From positions 1,344,001-1,408,000 of the forward strand of contig CAWCYD010000003.1 in the NCBI GenBank assembly GCA_963799775.1: a stretch of DNA of 64,000 bases, written 5' to 3'. The notes beneath the pieces were generated by a model. That model saw only the letters and a list, made by a program, of their open reading frames with translations, was not told the DNA's origin and ran no database searches. A program made the position numbers and the translations under genes. Positions 55,182-64,000 of the stretch are shown in pieces. How positions within the stretch are numbered: position 1 is the stretch's first letter; each line of letters opens with the position of its first letter. Source of the stretch: an uncultured archaeon. Its GTDB lineage: Archaea > Thermoproteota > Nitrososphaeria > Nitrososphaerales > Gagatemarchaeaceae.

Positions 55182-55520
55182 TCAAACACTTTGGTCGTAG
55201 TATTCAGTGAAGGTGTTGGAACTCGTGCTGTAATCTGGATAGGCTTCTGTGTATTCGTCCAACGCCATGTGATAGGTGTTGAATGAGCCGTCGGAGAACA
55301 GGGTGGCATCACCATCATTAGTCGTTGTGCTAAATGTAAACGCTTCCCGTGATTCCGAAGTCGTAATTGGAACCATAGCTGAATCCAGGCATGCCGTAGT
55401 AAGCGGTTACATCGGCCATCTGGGGCGCATAATACGATATTCCTTGTTCTTGACAGGGTTTGAGACGACCACGTTTGCGCCAAGGTTACTCCCAGGGCTT
55501 TCAGTCTCCCCGACGCGGGC
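55182..55520 (-). pseudogene. C-terminal remnant of a G1-like peptidase
   Basis: AYPDYSTSSNTFTEYYDQS parallels VCPS..SGGDFTELYETS. Confidence 0.4.
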
Positions 55521-55606
55521 TTCAGGAGTTCTGTGCCGCAATCCAATGTGTTACGGATTCCAACTCCCGCTTTGAACCCGATGCTGTCTTGGACGCGAAG
55601 AGTTAA

Positions 55607-55648
55607 GTGCGGTCGCCGGTTCTTAGACGCAATTGAGTTCAAATCCAC
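55607..55648. repeat. 42-bp direct repeat (with 56526..56567; degenerate copy 48114..48151)
   Basis: GTGCGGTCGCCGGTTCTTARACGCAATTGRGTTCAAATCCAC, 40/42 identical. Confidence 0.88.
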
Positions 55649-55739
55649 GGGTACAAACCGTCAGTTACGGAAGCGGACAACGTTAGCGGACGAAGGCCGA
55701 AGCCAGTTCAGATTTTCTTCTAGCAAGTGCACTGCGTCT

Positions 55740-56141
55740 CTAAGTCTGATTCAAGGCCTCAGACACAGATAGGATTCTGATCTTCTTGAACCTCTTCAGG
55801 CGAAGGAGAGCCCTGTCGCCTGTGACAATGAAATCTGCATGTCCATCGTAAGCTGTGTTGAGAATCATGTTGTCGGAAGGATCACTCTCAATCGCTCGGA
55901 AATCTGACTCGACTCTCACCATGTCGCCAGACTGCATTAGTGCAAGAACGACTCTTTGAATCTCGTCTTCGCCGGTCTTGAATTTCGGTCTGCGCAGCAC
56001 AGTTTCGGTTTCTTTCAGGATGAATTCAGATATCACAAGAGAGAATCGGTTCTCTATTCCGCGGTCAAGCAATTCTCTAGGTTTGCCCTTAGAGATTGCA
56101 GCACTAACAATTACGTTGGTGTCGAGGACAACCCGATACAT
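55740..56141 (-). CDS. PIN-domain toxin
   Basis: VVLDTNV, DPSDNMIL, IVTGD..LL. Confidence 0.9.
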   Translation of the reverse strand: MYRVVLDTNVIVSAAISKGKPRELLDRGIENRFSLVISEFILKETETVLRRPKFKTGEDEIQRVVLALMQSGDMVRVESDFRAIESDPSDNMILNTAYDGHADFIVTGDRALLRLKRFKKIRILSVSEALNQT

Positions 56142-56145
56142 CCAA

Positions 56146-56427
56146 TCACTTGATTCTGTGCTTTTCTCTCCGAATTGTGGCTACCTCTTCTTGGACTTGT
56201 CTCTCTGAGAGTTTCAATCCCTTCTTATCCATCATCTTGAATATATCCTCCCACTCCCTCCTGACATCAGGGAGTTCGAGCTTCTTCATCACAACGGTAT
56301 CGCCTCTTCCAAAGACCAGGAATTTCGTTCCAGGCTTTAGCCTCAATGCGTTTCTTAGAGATTGGGGAATTACAACCTGTCCTTTCCCACTGATTGTGGT
56401 AATCTGCAGTTCTTCTTCCTGGGCCAT
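56146..56427 (-). CDS. AbrB/MazE-type antitoxin
   Basis: ISGKGQVVIPQSLR..L.LKPG. Confidence 0.9.
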   Translation of the reverse strand: MAQEEELQITTISGKGQVVIPQSLRNALRLKPGTKFLVFGRGDTVVMKKLELPDVRREWEDIFKMMDKKGLKLSERQVQEEVATIRREKHRIK

Positions 56428-56525
56428 ACTTACTCGTATGAGCGCTTTACTTTCTTACTATTAATAGGTTTTCAGTCACCGTGTTCCAATGTCCTGATGA
56501 AGAGTGCGGTCTAGGAATTTGAACT

Positions 56526-56567
56526 GTGCGGTCGCCGGTTCTTAAACGCAATTGGGTTCAAATCCAC
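56526..56567. repeat. 42-bp direct repeat, second copy
   Basis: Matches 55607..55648. Confidence 0.88.
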
Positions 56568-56818
56568 ATAGTCGAACATTAAGCGAATCCTTCTGAATAA
56601 CCACTCCATCACAATTCAAAAAGCCCCCAACTGCCGAGCACAACTGAGCCCCTTCGTGTGCGGATTAGAAACAGAGCCGCCTGTTTAGCCCAACATACGC
56701 TCAGGTCAGATTTGGGTTAGGTGACTGGGCGTAAGGTCACCAAAGGCATTTTCGATGTGCCTGAATAGGATTTGGGTTCTTGCGAGTGAATTTGCGTGGG
56801 TTCTGACTTCGTTTTTCG

Positions 56819-57694
56819 CTAGCCTGTCACTTCGAAATGCAGGATCACGGCCTGCCCCCAGCAATCTGCGACGGCTATCGTGTATGTCCCAGGAACGAAG
56901 GATGTCGCGACAGGACTCTGGTTACTATTGAGCTCACTCGGGTTGCTATAGACCTCAGGCGGTTCCAACAGCTGCGAATTGGCGCCCAGATCCCAATAAC
57001 CATTGGTCGTGAAACTCGTCGAAAGAGAATATGGACCGGAAGTTTGGTTCACCGGTTCCTTGGCCAGTCCACAGCAATAGCTGACTAGATCGACTCGCGA
57101 ACTGCTTGGCAGGAAGATCACGTGGTTTACGGGACTAGGTTCGTGGCACGTGCCTCCGGAAACCGTGCTGTTTGCCACCCGCGATATATTCGCTATCGTA
57201 TAGAAGCCTTGGAGAACCACCGCCTGCGCTGCCCCCACGAGGCTATCGTTCACCGGATTACAATCCGGCCAGAAGCTTATCGCGATGCCTTGCAGCGCCC
57301 AATCGTCGCTCGCAGCAATGCTGTTGGCTTGGGGCAGAGTATTGTACAGCGAGACGTTGGCCCAAATGGACTGTCCTACCGTCAGTCGGGTAGCGTTGAT
57401 AGAGAGCGAGAGTTCGAGTCCATTCACGTTCACAGTCGAATTGAAGTCCGCCACTAGTGGACCAGCGGCGGAACTCCGACTGAAGGATTGTATGGTATTG
57501 ATGCTTGCGCTCGCGTTAGAAGAAGTTGCGCTAACGGCTTTGGTCGTGGTGTTCGCAAGGCTCCCCAGCGAACTGGTGGATTGAGTGGTGACGCCATTTG
57601 ATGGGTAGAGGGTACTGATTTCGACCGCCACCAACGTCGTAGCGAGCACTACAGCTATGACTCCCGCAATGATCCGATGCGAATATTCAGACAT
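56819..57694 (-). CDS. DEWG-family membrane-anchored protein
   Basis: GLELSLSINATRLTVGQ, FVPGTYTIAVADCWGQAVILHF. Confidence 0.85.
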   Translation of the reverse strand: MSEYSHRIIAGVIAVVLATTLVAVEISTLYPSNGVTTQSTSSLGSLANTTTKAVSATSSNASASINTIQSFSRSSAAGPLVADFNSTVNVNGLELSLSINATRLTVGQSIWANVSLYNTLPQANSIAASDDWALQGIAISFWPDCNPVNDSLVGAAQAVVLQGFYTIANISRVANSTVSGGTCHEPSPVNHVIFLPSSSRVDLVSYCCGLAKEPVNQTSGPYSLSTSFTTNGYWDLGANSQLLEPPEVYSNPSELNSNQSPVATSFVPGTYTIAVADCWGQAVILHFEVTG

Positions 57695-57846
57695 CGCAAC
57701 TACGTAGAATGGCCGGAACTATATTGCTACGCATTAGCAAATTGATTGCTAGTAGATATATCAAAATCTTATGTAATAATGGCAAATTCTTGTATCACCT
57801 TCAAAGCGCCTGAGCGGATCTATCAGTTCAGCGTCCATGATTTTTG

Positions 57847-58260
57847 CTAGATTCTTCGGCTCGACACGGTGAGGGATTCATAAACAGAAACAAGTAGTGA
57901 TGAAGTAATCGTAAACAGAGAGAAGAGGTATGACGGAGTACCGAACACGGATGGTCGAAGAAGCGTCAGAAGCAAAGTCAACGATGTGGCCAAAAATGCT
58001 GAAAAGGCCGCCCACAATGGAATAACGGTTCTTCTTATTCTTATCATGTTCTCGAAGACAACGCTGTTAGCGACGTATCCATCGCCCACTTCATTGACCA
58101 ACCCCATTCGGACCAGTTTTTGGAGATGATATTCGGCGACCGATGATGAACTCATCTTCAATTCTCGTTGAATATCCGACAAACGGGTTGGACCTCGTCT
58201 ATAGACGAACCGATAGACCCCGAGAGAAGTTCCCGTCAAGCCGTCAGCCCGTTGCTTCAA
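57847..58260 (-). CDS. wHTH regulator with two C-terminal TM helices
   Basis: DIQRELKMSSSSVAEYHLQKL; hydrophobic C-terminus. Confidence 0.8.
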   Translation of the reverse strand: MKQRADGLTGTSLGVYRFVYRRGPTRLSDIQRELKMSSSSVAEYHLQKLVRMGLVNEVGDGYVANSVVFENMIRIRRTVIPLWAAFSAFLATSLTLLLTLLRPSVFGTPSYLFSLFTITSSLLVSVYESLTVSSRRI

Positions 58261-58329
58261 GCGAATCGGAATCTAATATCGATACCGAAGAAGTGACTTT
58301 TAGCAGTTTCCTATGAAGGCGTCCATCTG

Positions 58330-59590
58330 TCAGATGCCATCGGACGTCTCCCAGGTCTCATCGAAGGCCCCACTGCTTACCTCGGTAGGGCAAACGTTGA
58401 CTGGTAGGGAGCTGAGGGTATTGCAGGAGTACGTATAGTTGTTGTTGTTTGTGGTTGCATCGATGTAGTCAAAGATGGATGATGATGTTGATGAAACGGG
58501 GCTATTGTCGATTTCGATCGCGTTCCCCCCACTGTAATAGTATCCATCGAATACCTCCATACCTGAGCCAGAGCCACCTGTACCATAAAAGTCAGGCAGG
58601 CCGTACTCACCCGGGTTTGCTTCACCCATGAAGTCCGCATAGGTTGCCGTGTTCATGTAACCGCTGGACGAGTTTGCTGTACAGCCCTGAGTCGGGGTTA
58701 CAGAGTAGTCGTAGACGCTGTCTTCCCAGTAGTAGTACTCGCCATCATTCAGCTGAGTCACTTCACCGCCCATCTCGTCACCGGGGCTCACATTGTGGCA
58801 GGAGACTGCACCGTCAGGAAGGAACTCGGTCCAATCGTTATAAGTGTAAGGAGATGAACAAGAACTGTTGCACTTGGAGTCCGTACCGGTCTGGGGCAAG
58901 TTGTCGTCATTCGCGCCAGTTGCGTCCTCAGTCCCAACCCAGAATGAAAACCTACAACCATTGCCCGAACAAATTGCTGGGACCTCCAGAGCCGCCGATG
59001 TAAGGCACGTACCAAGATGAAGAAGCCTCGGTGATTCCACCGCTTTCGTAGTATTCGTAACCCGACCAAGCGACGTGGTCAGTTGTGTCATCGTTCCCGT
59101 GCACGTAATGGTATTCAGGAAGGTACAATTGAACACTGATGATGCTGGTCAGGGAAGGAGACTCTGTGATCTCAAGCGTGTAAGCCGTTGTTCCATTTGC
59201 CGCCTTCAGATCGTAGGCGACAACAACGCTCTCGATTGAGACAACGCAATTCGAGGTCCAGGTCGTATGGTACACGATGCTGTTGAATAGAGGCGTGTAT
59301 TCCATAGCGTATTGTGCCAAAGTCTGAGCCGCCGCATCCTTGGCCGCCACCTGGCTTATCGATGTCTCGGCGGCTCGAGTCCCCTTCGCGAGATCATTAA
59401 CGGAACATGTCGGGGCTGAAAGACCCGAAGTCGTATCGGCAAAGACTGGCACTAATCTTCCCAGTACTAACAGTGCAAGAACTGCCAGTATTATGGAGGC
59501 GCTTAAGCTAGGCTTCACCGCAAGAACTTTCCGATTTGAGAACTCCATCTCTATCGCGTTCGTCTCTAACATAGCTTTTCTATATAACAC
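58330..59590 (-). CDS. G1 glutamic peptidase (frameshift ~58980)
   Basis: WSGYEY, SFWVG, LPQTGT, FMGEANP, LPDF. Confidence 0.78.
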
Positions 59591-59710
59591 AGTAAGAACC
59601 TATGGTCCAGGACCATAGGTCCGCCTCATTCTTCTAGAACGCTATTCTTTTGTCAGCTCTCAAAATTAACAGAGGATTCAAGCTTGGATTCTGCAAAACT
59701 GTGGCGATTT

Positions 59711-59992
59711 TCAGCCCTGGCTTTCCGCTCGAGTCGAGCCCTGTTTGTACCACTTTAGCCACCTCAATCCCTTTTTGCTTATTGAGTATTTCAGGAACCT
59801 CCCGGATCTCTTTGCGGCGATCAGCCCTTGAGCTTCCATCGAGTCCAGGTAGCGTCTTATTCGCTCTGTGTTTAGGTTGGTTACCCTCATCAACCTTGTG
59901 CGAGTGGCGTCCTCAAAAACCAATTCATCTAGGATAGCAGCCTGTATGTCGTAGTCGTTCCTTCTCCTTCGGGGACGGTCCTCCGAATTCAG
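59711..59992 (-). CDS. Small winged-helix regulator
   Basis: RRNDYDI.AAIL..TRTRLM..TNLN..YL..GLI; start uncertain. Confidence 0.7.
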   Translation of the reverse strand: MNSEDRPRRRRNDYDIQAAILDELVFEDATRTRLMRVTNLNTERIRRYLDSMEAQGLIAAKRSGRFLKYSISKKGLRWLKWYKQGSTRAESQG

Positions 59993-60420
59993 GAAGTATC
60001 AACCGGGGGGCCATAGTTAAGAATACTCATATATTTATGAGTTGTCGATTGTGAATTCGCTATTTGCATTCTTTTGCAACAATATCATAGGAAATAGAAC
60101 TCAAACTTGAGGCTGCTCGCTCCAAGATGACCTGGGATAGGCAACAAGAAGTCCAAAAATTCCGAAGATGCGGATCAGTGGCTCGCAGCCAGGCTTCATG
60201 CGCCACCGCACTGTAGCATGGAACTCTTCTCCAAGGATGCAGCAAATCACTATAAGCCCTGCCGGAGGACTGCCTCTTCTTTGCACCGCTCATTGGAGTT
60301 TATCCCAAAAACAGTCTTTCTTGCTCAGAACAGCCCAATTCTCCCCCTTTCTTCCCCTCCCTTGCGAGCCCATAGCTGCGAATTGCGCTTGCGATTTAGT
60401 GGCGCTCGCAGGCGATCTTC

Positions 60421-60473
60421 GGGATTCTCCTAGGTGGGCTGGAAGGGATGCAATTAATTATTTAGGCGAATCC
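60421..60473. repeat. att-like site C
   Basis: GGGATTCTC..GTGGGCTGGAAGGGATGCAATTAATTATTTAGGCGAATCC. Confidence 0.85.
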
Positions 60474-60590
60474 TCTTGCGTAGTAAACATTTTGCCCCTG
60501 TTCATTTCCGGCGCTTGAGGAACCGCTCTGCTTTCGCCGTCAGGGCATGGAATGTGAGGGAGCAAAGTGGAAATACTGGTTGCCGTACTC

Positions 60591-61403
60591 TCAGCCGGTG
60601 GCCTTGACTTCGAAATGAAGCACGACCGCTTGACCCCATTCGTCGCACACACCAACTGTATAGACACCTGGCTCGAAGGACGAATAACGAGGAACATTTG
60701 TTGAGTTGACATAGACGGCTTCGTATGGTACTCTCGACAAAGATGGTGATGATTCGTTTGCCTGGGCGAGAAGAGCTGTCGTATTCCAAACGCCTCCGAC
60801 TGCAAAGTGAGATGAAATGTGAAAAGGCCCTGCGGTTAATGGTCCTTGGATGTCAGCATCAAGATAGAGGCTGACCTCACTGTCTTGCGGTTCGAATTTG
60901 TAGGTTAGGTCGTTCACCAATCCATAATCTATAGGTGGGCAGGAGGGGAGCTTTGGGTTCCCTGGCGTTGTTGCAAGCTGTGCTACTGAGAGGTTACCAG
61001 AGACGATGATCACCTCGATTGGAGATGGCCAGAATGCATAGGTGCCTCTGCACAATGGATCCCATATGGCAACTGGAACCCCGTGAAATAGCCAGTTCGA
61101 ATTCGCTGAAATGTTAGCGTCAGTGGGTAATGTGTTGAAGAGCGATAGTGACACATTTAACTCCTGTCCGACTTGGAATTTCGTTGAATTTAGAGATGCC
61201 TCGAGTCTTAGACCATTCGCTAGACTAGTCGAGTCGTTGACAGTCGATTCGGCAGCGAAGGATGATGTTGGGGTGAGTGAAGAAGTTGTTTGCGGCCAAA
61301 ATGGGCCAACTCGGAAAATCAAGATTGCCGAAACGAGGATAGTTATGACGAAGAGCGCTGTCAAGGAAATGAATATGCCCTTGTGTCGAAAAGTTACTCG
61401 CAT
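60591..61403 (-). CDS. DEWG-family membrane-anchored protein
   Basis: GLRLEASLNST..VGQ, FEPGVYTVGVCDEWGQAVVLHF. Confidence 0.85.
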   Translation of the reverse strand: MRVTFRHKGIFISLTALFVITILVSAILIFRVGPFWPQTTSSLTPTSSFAAESTVNDSTSLANGLRLEASLNSTKFQVGQELNVSLSLFNTLPTDANISANSNWLFHGVPVAIWDPLCRGTYAFWPSPIEVIIVSGNLSVAQLATTPGNPKLPSCPPIDYGLVNDLTYKFEPQDSEVSLYLDADIQGPLTAGPFHISSHFAVGGVWNTTALLAQANESSPSLSRVPYEAVYVNSTNVPRYSSFEPGVYTVGVCDEWGQAVVLHFEVKATG

Positions 61404-61441
61404 GGATCAGGACAAGCGCCCCAAACTTGTTCTCACTGGTG

Positions 61442-62638
61442 CTAGTATCCATCAGTAGCTTCGAGGGTTTCCGTAAAACTCTGGCTCGAAACGCTGCTAG
61501 GGCAAACGTTGACATGAATTGTGGTTCCCAAGCATGAAGTGGTTGTTGAGGTTAGGTCTGTGTAGTCGGCCGTATTCCAGTTATTGTCAATGCCGTAATA
61601 GTTGTTTGCCGAGTCATAGTAATAGCCATCCCAAGGGCTCAAGCCGTAGAAACCTGGCAGTGCTGTATTGCCCGGAGTTTCAGCCATGAATTGTGCGTAG
61701 TATGAGCCCCACGAAGAAAGGTCGAAACCCGATGGTGAGTAGCTAGAACAGCCTATCGAAAGAGTATAGTCATCCACAGTGACGTAGTATTCTGTACTGG
61801 ATGCCTTCTCGACTTCGCCGGCCACTTCGTCGCCGTATTGGGTGCCGCCACACACGTTCTGGTTAGCTGTTGGGTACCATTCATACCAATAGTTGGCCTT
61901 GTAGTTTGATGTGCAGGTAAATTTGCAGTAAGAATCAGTTCCAGTCTGCGCCAAATAACCGGCACCATTACAACCTGAAAGTGACTGATTTCCTCCCTGG
62001 CAATATGTTTCGCCAACCCAAAACGAGATGTCGCACTCGTAGTTATGAGAACTTTGGTCGCAGTTGTTCGTAGAGCCGTCGTATCCAGCACCATCGACAT
62101 ATGGTACGTCCCAGTATGCTCCGTTTTGTTCCACTTGATCGCCATTGGTGGGGGAGTACTCATACCCACTCCAGCCGTATTTGCCGGTAGGATTGAGGTT
62201 CCCGCTGTGAGTGAGACTCAAGTACACCATGCTGTTCAGGACACTCGCGAGGTTTGGACTGACTGCGACTTCGAGGGTGTATGATGATCCATTGAGTGCC
62301 CTCATGTCAAAGTCCACACTTACATCTTTCAGAGAAAGATTGCAGTTCGAGTTCCAAGAATAGCTGTAGAAGGTGCTATCATAATGGATCCCGGTATACA
62401 TAGAGTTGTATCCTGCCAAGACAGGAATGGCCGTTGCGTTAGCGGTTGCTTCGTTCAATGTTCCGTGTATCGCTTGAACCTGTTGGTCCAGCACACTTGG
62501 CGCACAAGTGGAGCTTGACAGTCCATTGGCTCCAGCCGGGAGTCCTCGGGACAAGAGAAGAAGAGCGAGAATGCCGAAGATGATGACAGCGTTCAAGTGA
62601 CGCCCTGTGCCGAGCACAGTGCGATTTGAGAAGAGCAA
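61442..62638 (-). CDS. Secreted G1 glutamic peptidase
   Basis: WSGYEY, WDVP, SFWVG, LAQTGT, WYEWYP, FMAETP. Confidence 0.8.
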   Translation of the reverse strand: MLFSNRTVLGTGRHLNAVIIFGILALLLLSRGLPAGANGLSSSTCAPSVLDQQVQAIHGTLNEATANATAIPVLAGYNSMYTGIHYDSTFYSYSWNSNCNLSLKDVSVDFDMRALNGSSYTLEVAVSPNLASVLNSMVYLSLTHSGNLNPTGKYGWSGYEYSPTNGDQVEQNGAYWDVPYVDGAGYDGSTNNCDQSSHNYECDISFWVGETYCQGGNQSLSGCNGAGYLAQTGTDSYCKFTCTSNYKANYWYEWYPTANQNVCGGTQYGDEVAGEVEKASSTEYYVTVDDYTLSIGCSSYSPSGFDLSSWGSYYAQFMAETPGNTALPGFYGLSPWDGYYYDSANNYYGIDNNWNTADYTDLTSTTTSCLGTTIHVNVCPSSVSSQSFTETLEATDGY

Positions 62639-62874
62639 ACGTTCGGAGGATTCTTCTGGCTTGCCTAAATTTCTTATGAAGAAAGTCTATGTAGGCTTCT
62701 TCCGAGACGACAAAAATGGACGAGAAACTGGTTTCGCCCATTACCGTTGGCGCGGGTATACTGGTAGATTGACTGGATGCCCCAAAGGTATAGCCTCTAA
62801 TGATTCGGAATTCGTCATAGAAGCCCAATTTCCCCTTCTCTCCCCCTCCTCGCGAGCCAAGGTCCGAAGGATTA

Positions 62875-62920
62875 GTTTAAGTGGGCCGGAAGGTATGCAA
62901 TTAATGTTTTAAGAGAATCC
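62875..62920. repeat. att-like site D (attP-like, both arms)
   Basis: GTTTAAGTGGGCCGGAAGGTATGCAATTAATGTTTTAAGAGAATCC; first 22 nt match 5000..5021 with 1 mismatch. Confidence 0.88.
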
Positions 62921-63035
62921 GTCGGGCTGAGTTGCCATATTTACGGCGGGATTTAGTATTGCCGTGCTGCCATCACTCCATTACTACTCCCCGAGATTTT
63001 AATCCCACATGCTCTTTAAGCCGGTGAGGCGTCCA

Positions 63036-63240
63036 TTATGGTCCTATTTCGAAGTGATCAATTGCCGTTTGGTTCCAAGCGTCGATTGCCACAGCTGTAT
63101 ATCTGCCCGGCGGCAAGCTCACAAACGTCGCATTTTCGGGGGTGGATGAGTAAGAGCCAATATCGGGAGTATTAGCCGCTACAGGTTGCCTGCATCATTG
63201 ATCCTTGGACACATGTAGGTGCATCTGGCGGGTAAGCTAG
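63036..63240 (-). pseudogene. C-terminal remnant of a DEWG-family gene
   Basis: FVSLPPGRYTAVAIDAWNQTAIDHFEIGP stop. Confidence 0.65.
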
Positions 63241-63423
63241 CGTCACCATGTCACTCCTCGGTGCGAACGTATAGCTAGAGGGATGGACTTGCATACTCAG
63301 GATTTCCGTTATTTGGCAAAGGAGCCTGTAGGAGGAGAGGCGACGCGAGGGTCATGTTGTGAAAATGAAATCACGCTGGATTGTGTCGCAGGCAATTCGA
63401 AGGAACGGGAATCTGAAACGGTA

Positions 63424-64000
63424 TCAGAAACCCTCGTTGGCCGGGTACTCCGTGTTGAACTGCTTGAACAGCGTTACCTCTCGAGAAATTAGCCACTGTC
63501 CTGTCTGATACATGTACGTATACGTTCCCGAAGTAGTGACGTTGTAATACCCGATTGTCTTCCCATACCCCTGAAAGGACAATTCTGCTTGAACAATCAC
63601 AGTCGCATTGAGCAATCGGGTCGCGTTCACAGAATTAATTGAATAGGTGACATTCTGGACAGACAAGAATGTCTCCCACGCGAATTCGATCGACGAGGAG
63701 CTGTTATAGATTCCACCCAGACCCTGCGTATTCCCCACCCACTTCATCGTCGCATTCGACGCATAGCCAGCAGCCACCCCAGTGGCATTCCGCTCACTTA
63801 CAGGTGAGAGATGCGACTCGAATGCCTGGATTACAACGCTCACGTTACTCTCCTCAAGGTATGATGATTCGAGGTTCGTGTATGCGTTTGCCTGCGAACT
63901 AAGGCTCGAAGCGAGAACTGCACTTTCTGAGATGAGACTCGAATTCCGACTCTGCAGAGAGCCTGCTATAGTGTATTCGTAAGCCCCTAACGAAGAGATG
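63424..64000 (-). CDS. NTF2/SnoaL-like extracellular protein, 5' end outside window
   Basis: Frame open to the window edge; YASNATMKW..GIY....I...W, GQWLISRE. Confidence 0.6.
   Translation of the reverse strand, partial: ISSLGAYEYTIAGSLQSRNSSLISESAVLASSLSSQANAYTNLESSYLEESNVSVVIQAFESHLSPVSERNATGVAAGYASNATMKWVGNTQGLGGIYNSSSSIEFAWETFLSVQNVTYSINSVNATRLLNATVIVQAELSFQGYGKTIGYYNVTTSGTYTYMYQTGQWLISREVTLFKQFNTEYPANEGF

Noticed and set aside
55607-55648. tRNA gene (GTTCAAATCC)
   Set aside because: No acceptor or anticodon stems; T-stem pairing incomplete
48114-62920. Canonical integron
   Set aside because: No IntI-type integrase recognised next to the array; main sites are tRNA-derived and not palindromic attC
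48223-63240. Diversity-generating retroelement behind DEWG variation
   Set aside because: No reverse transcriptase and no near-identical TR/VR pair seen; copies diverge at all bases

Overview
Archaeal chromosomal DNA, most consistent with a high-GC Nitrososphaeria/Thaumarchaeota relative (TFB, archaeal HtpX/Hsp20, tRNAs with non-canonical introns, archaeal tyrosine integrases). The taxonomic call is inference. Many housekeeping genes (purD, HMG-CoA reductase, fhs, tfb) carry 1-bp frameshifts, typical of long-read indel errors, so pseudogene calls are uncertain. Core genes occupy about 5.2-11.5 kb and 19-40.4 kb. There are four accessory regions. (1) 1-5.0 kb: an integrative element at tRNA-Ile(GAT) with an integrase, J-domain protein and ATPase/nuclease. 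(2) 11.5-19.0 kb: an integrase-less island at tRNA-Val(GAC) with duplicated left and right ends, carrying YVTN beta-propeller and 'DEWG' surface proteins. (3) 40.4-48 kb: a second integrase plus J-domain element with iteron-like arrays. (4) 48.1-64 kb: a lower-GC array of repeated modules, each a secreted G1 (eqolisin-type) glutamic peptidase plus a membrane-anchored variable 'DEWG' protein. These modules are punctuated by four att-like sites made of the tRNA-Ile 3' end and an arm that is the inverted copy of the arm beside the integrase at 5 kb. The best candidate for an undescribed system is this tRNA-att-delimited, integron-like cassette array of polymorphic protease/partner pairs.
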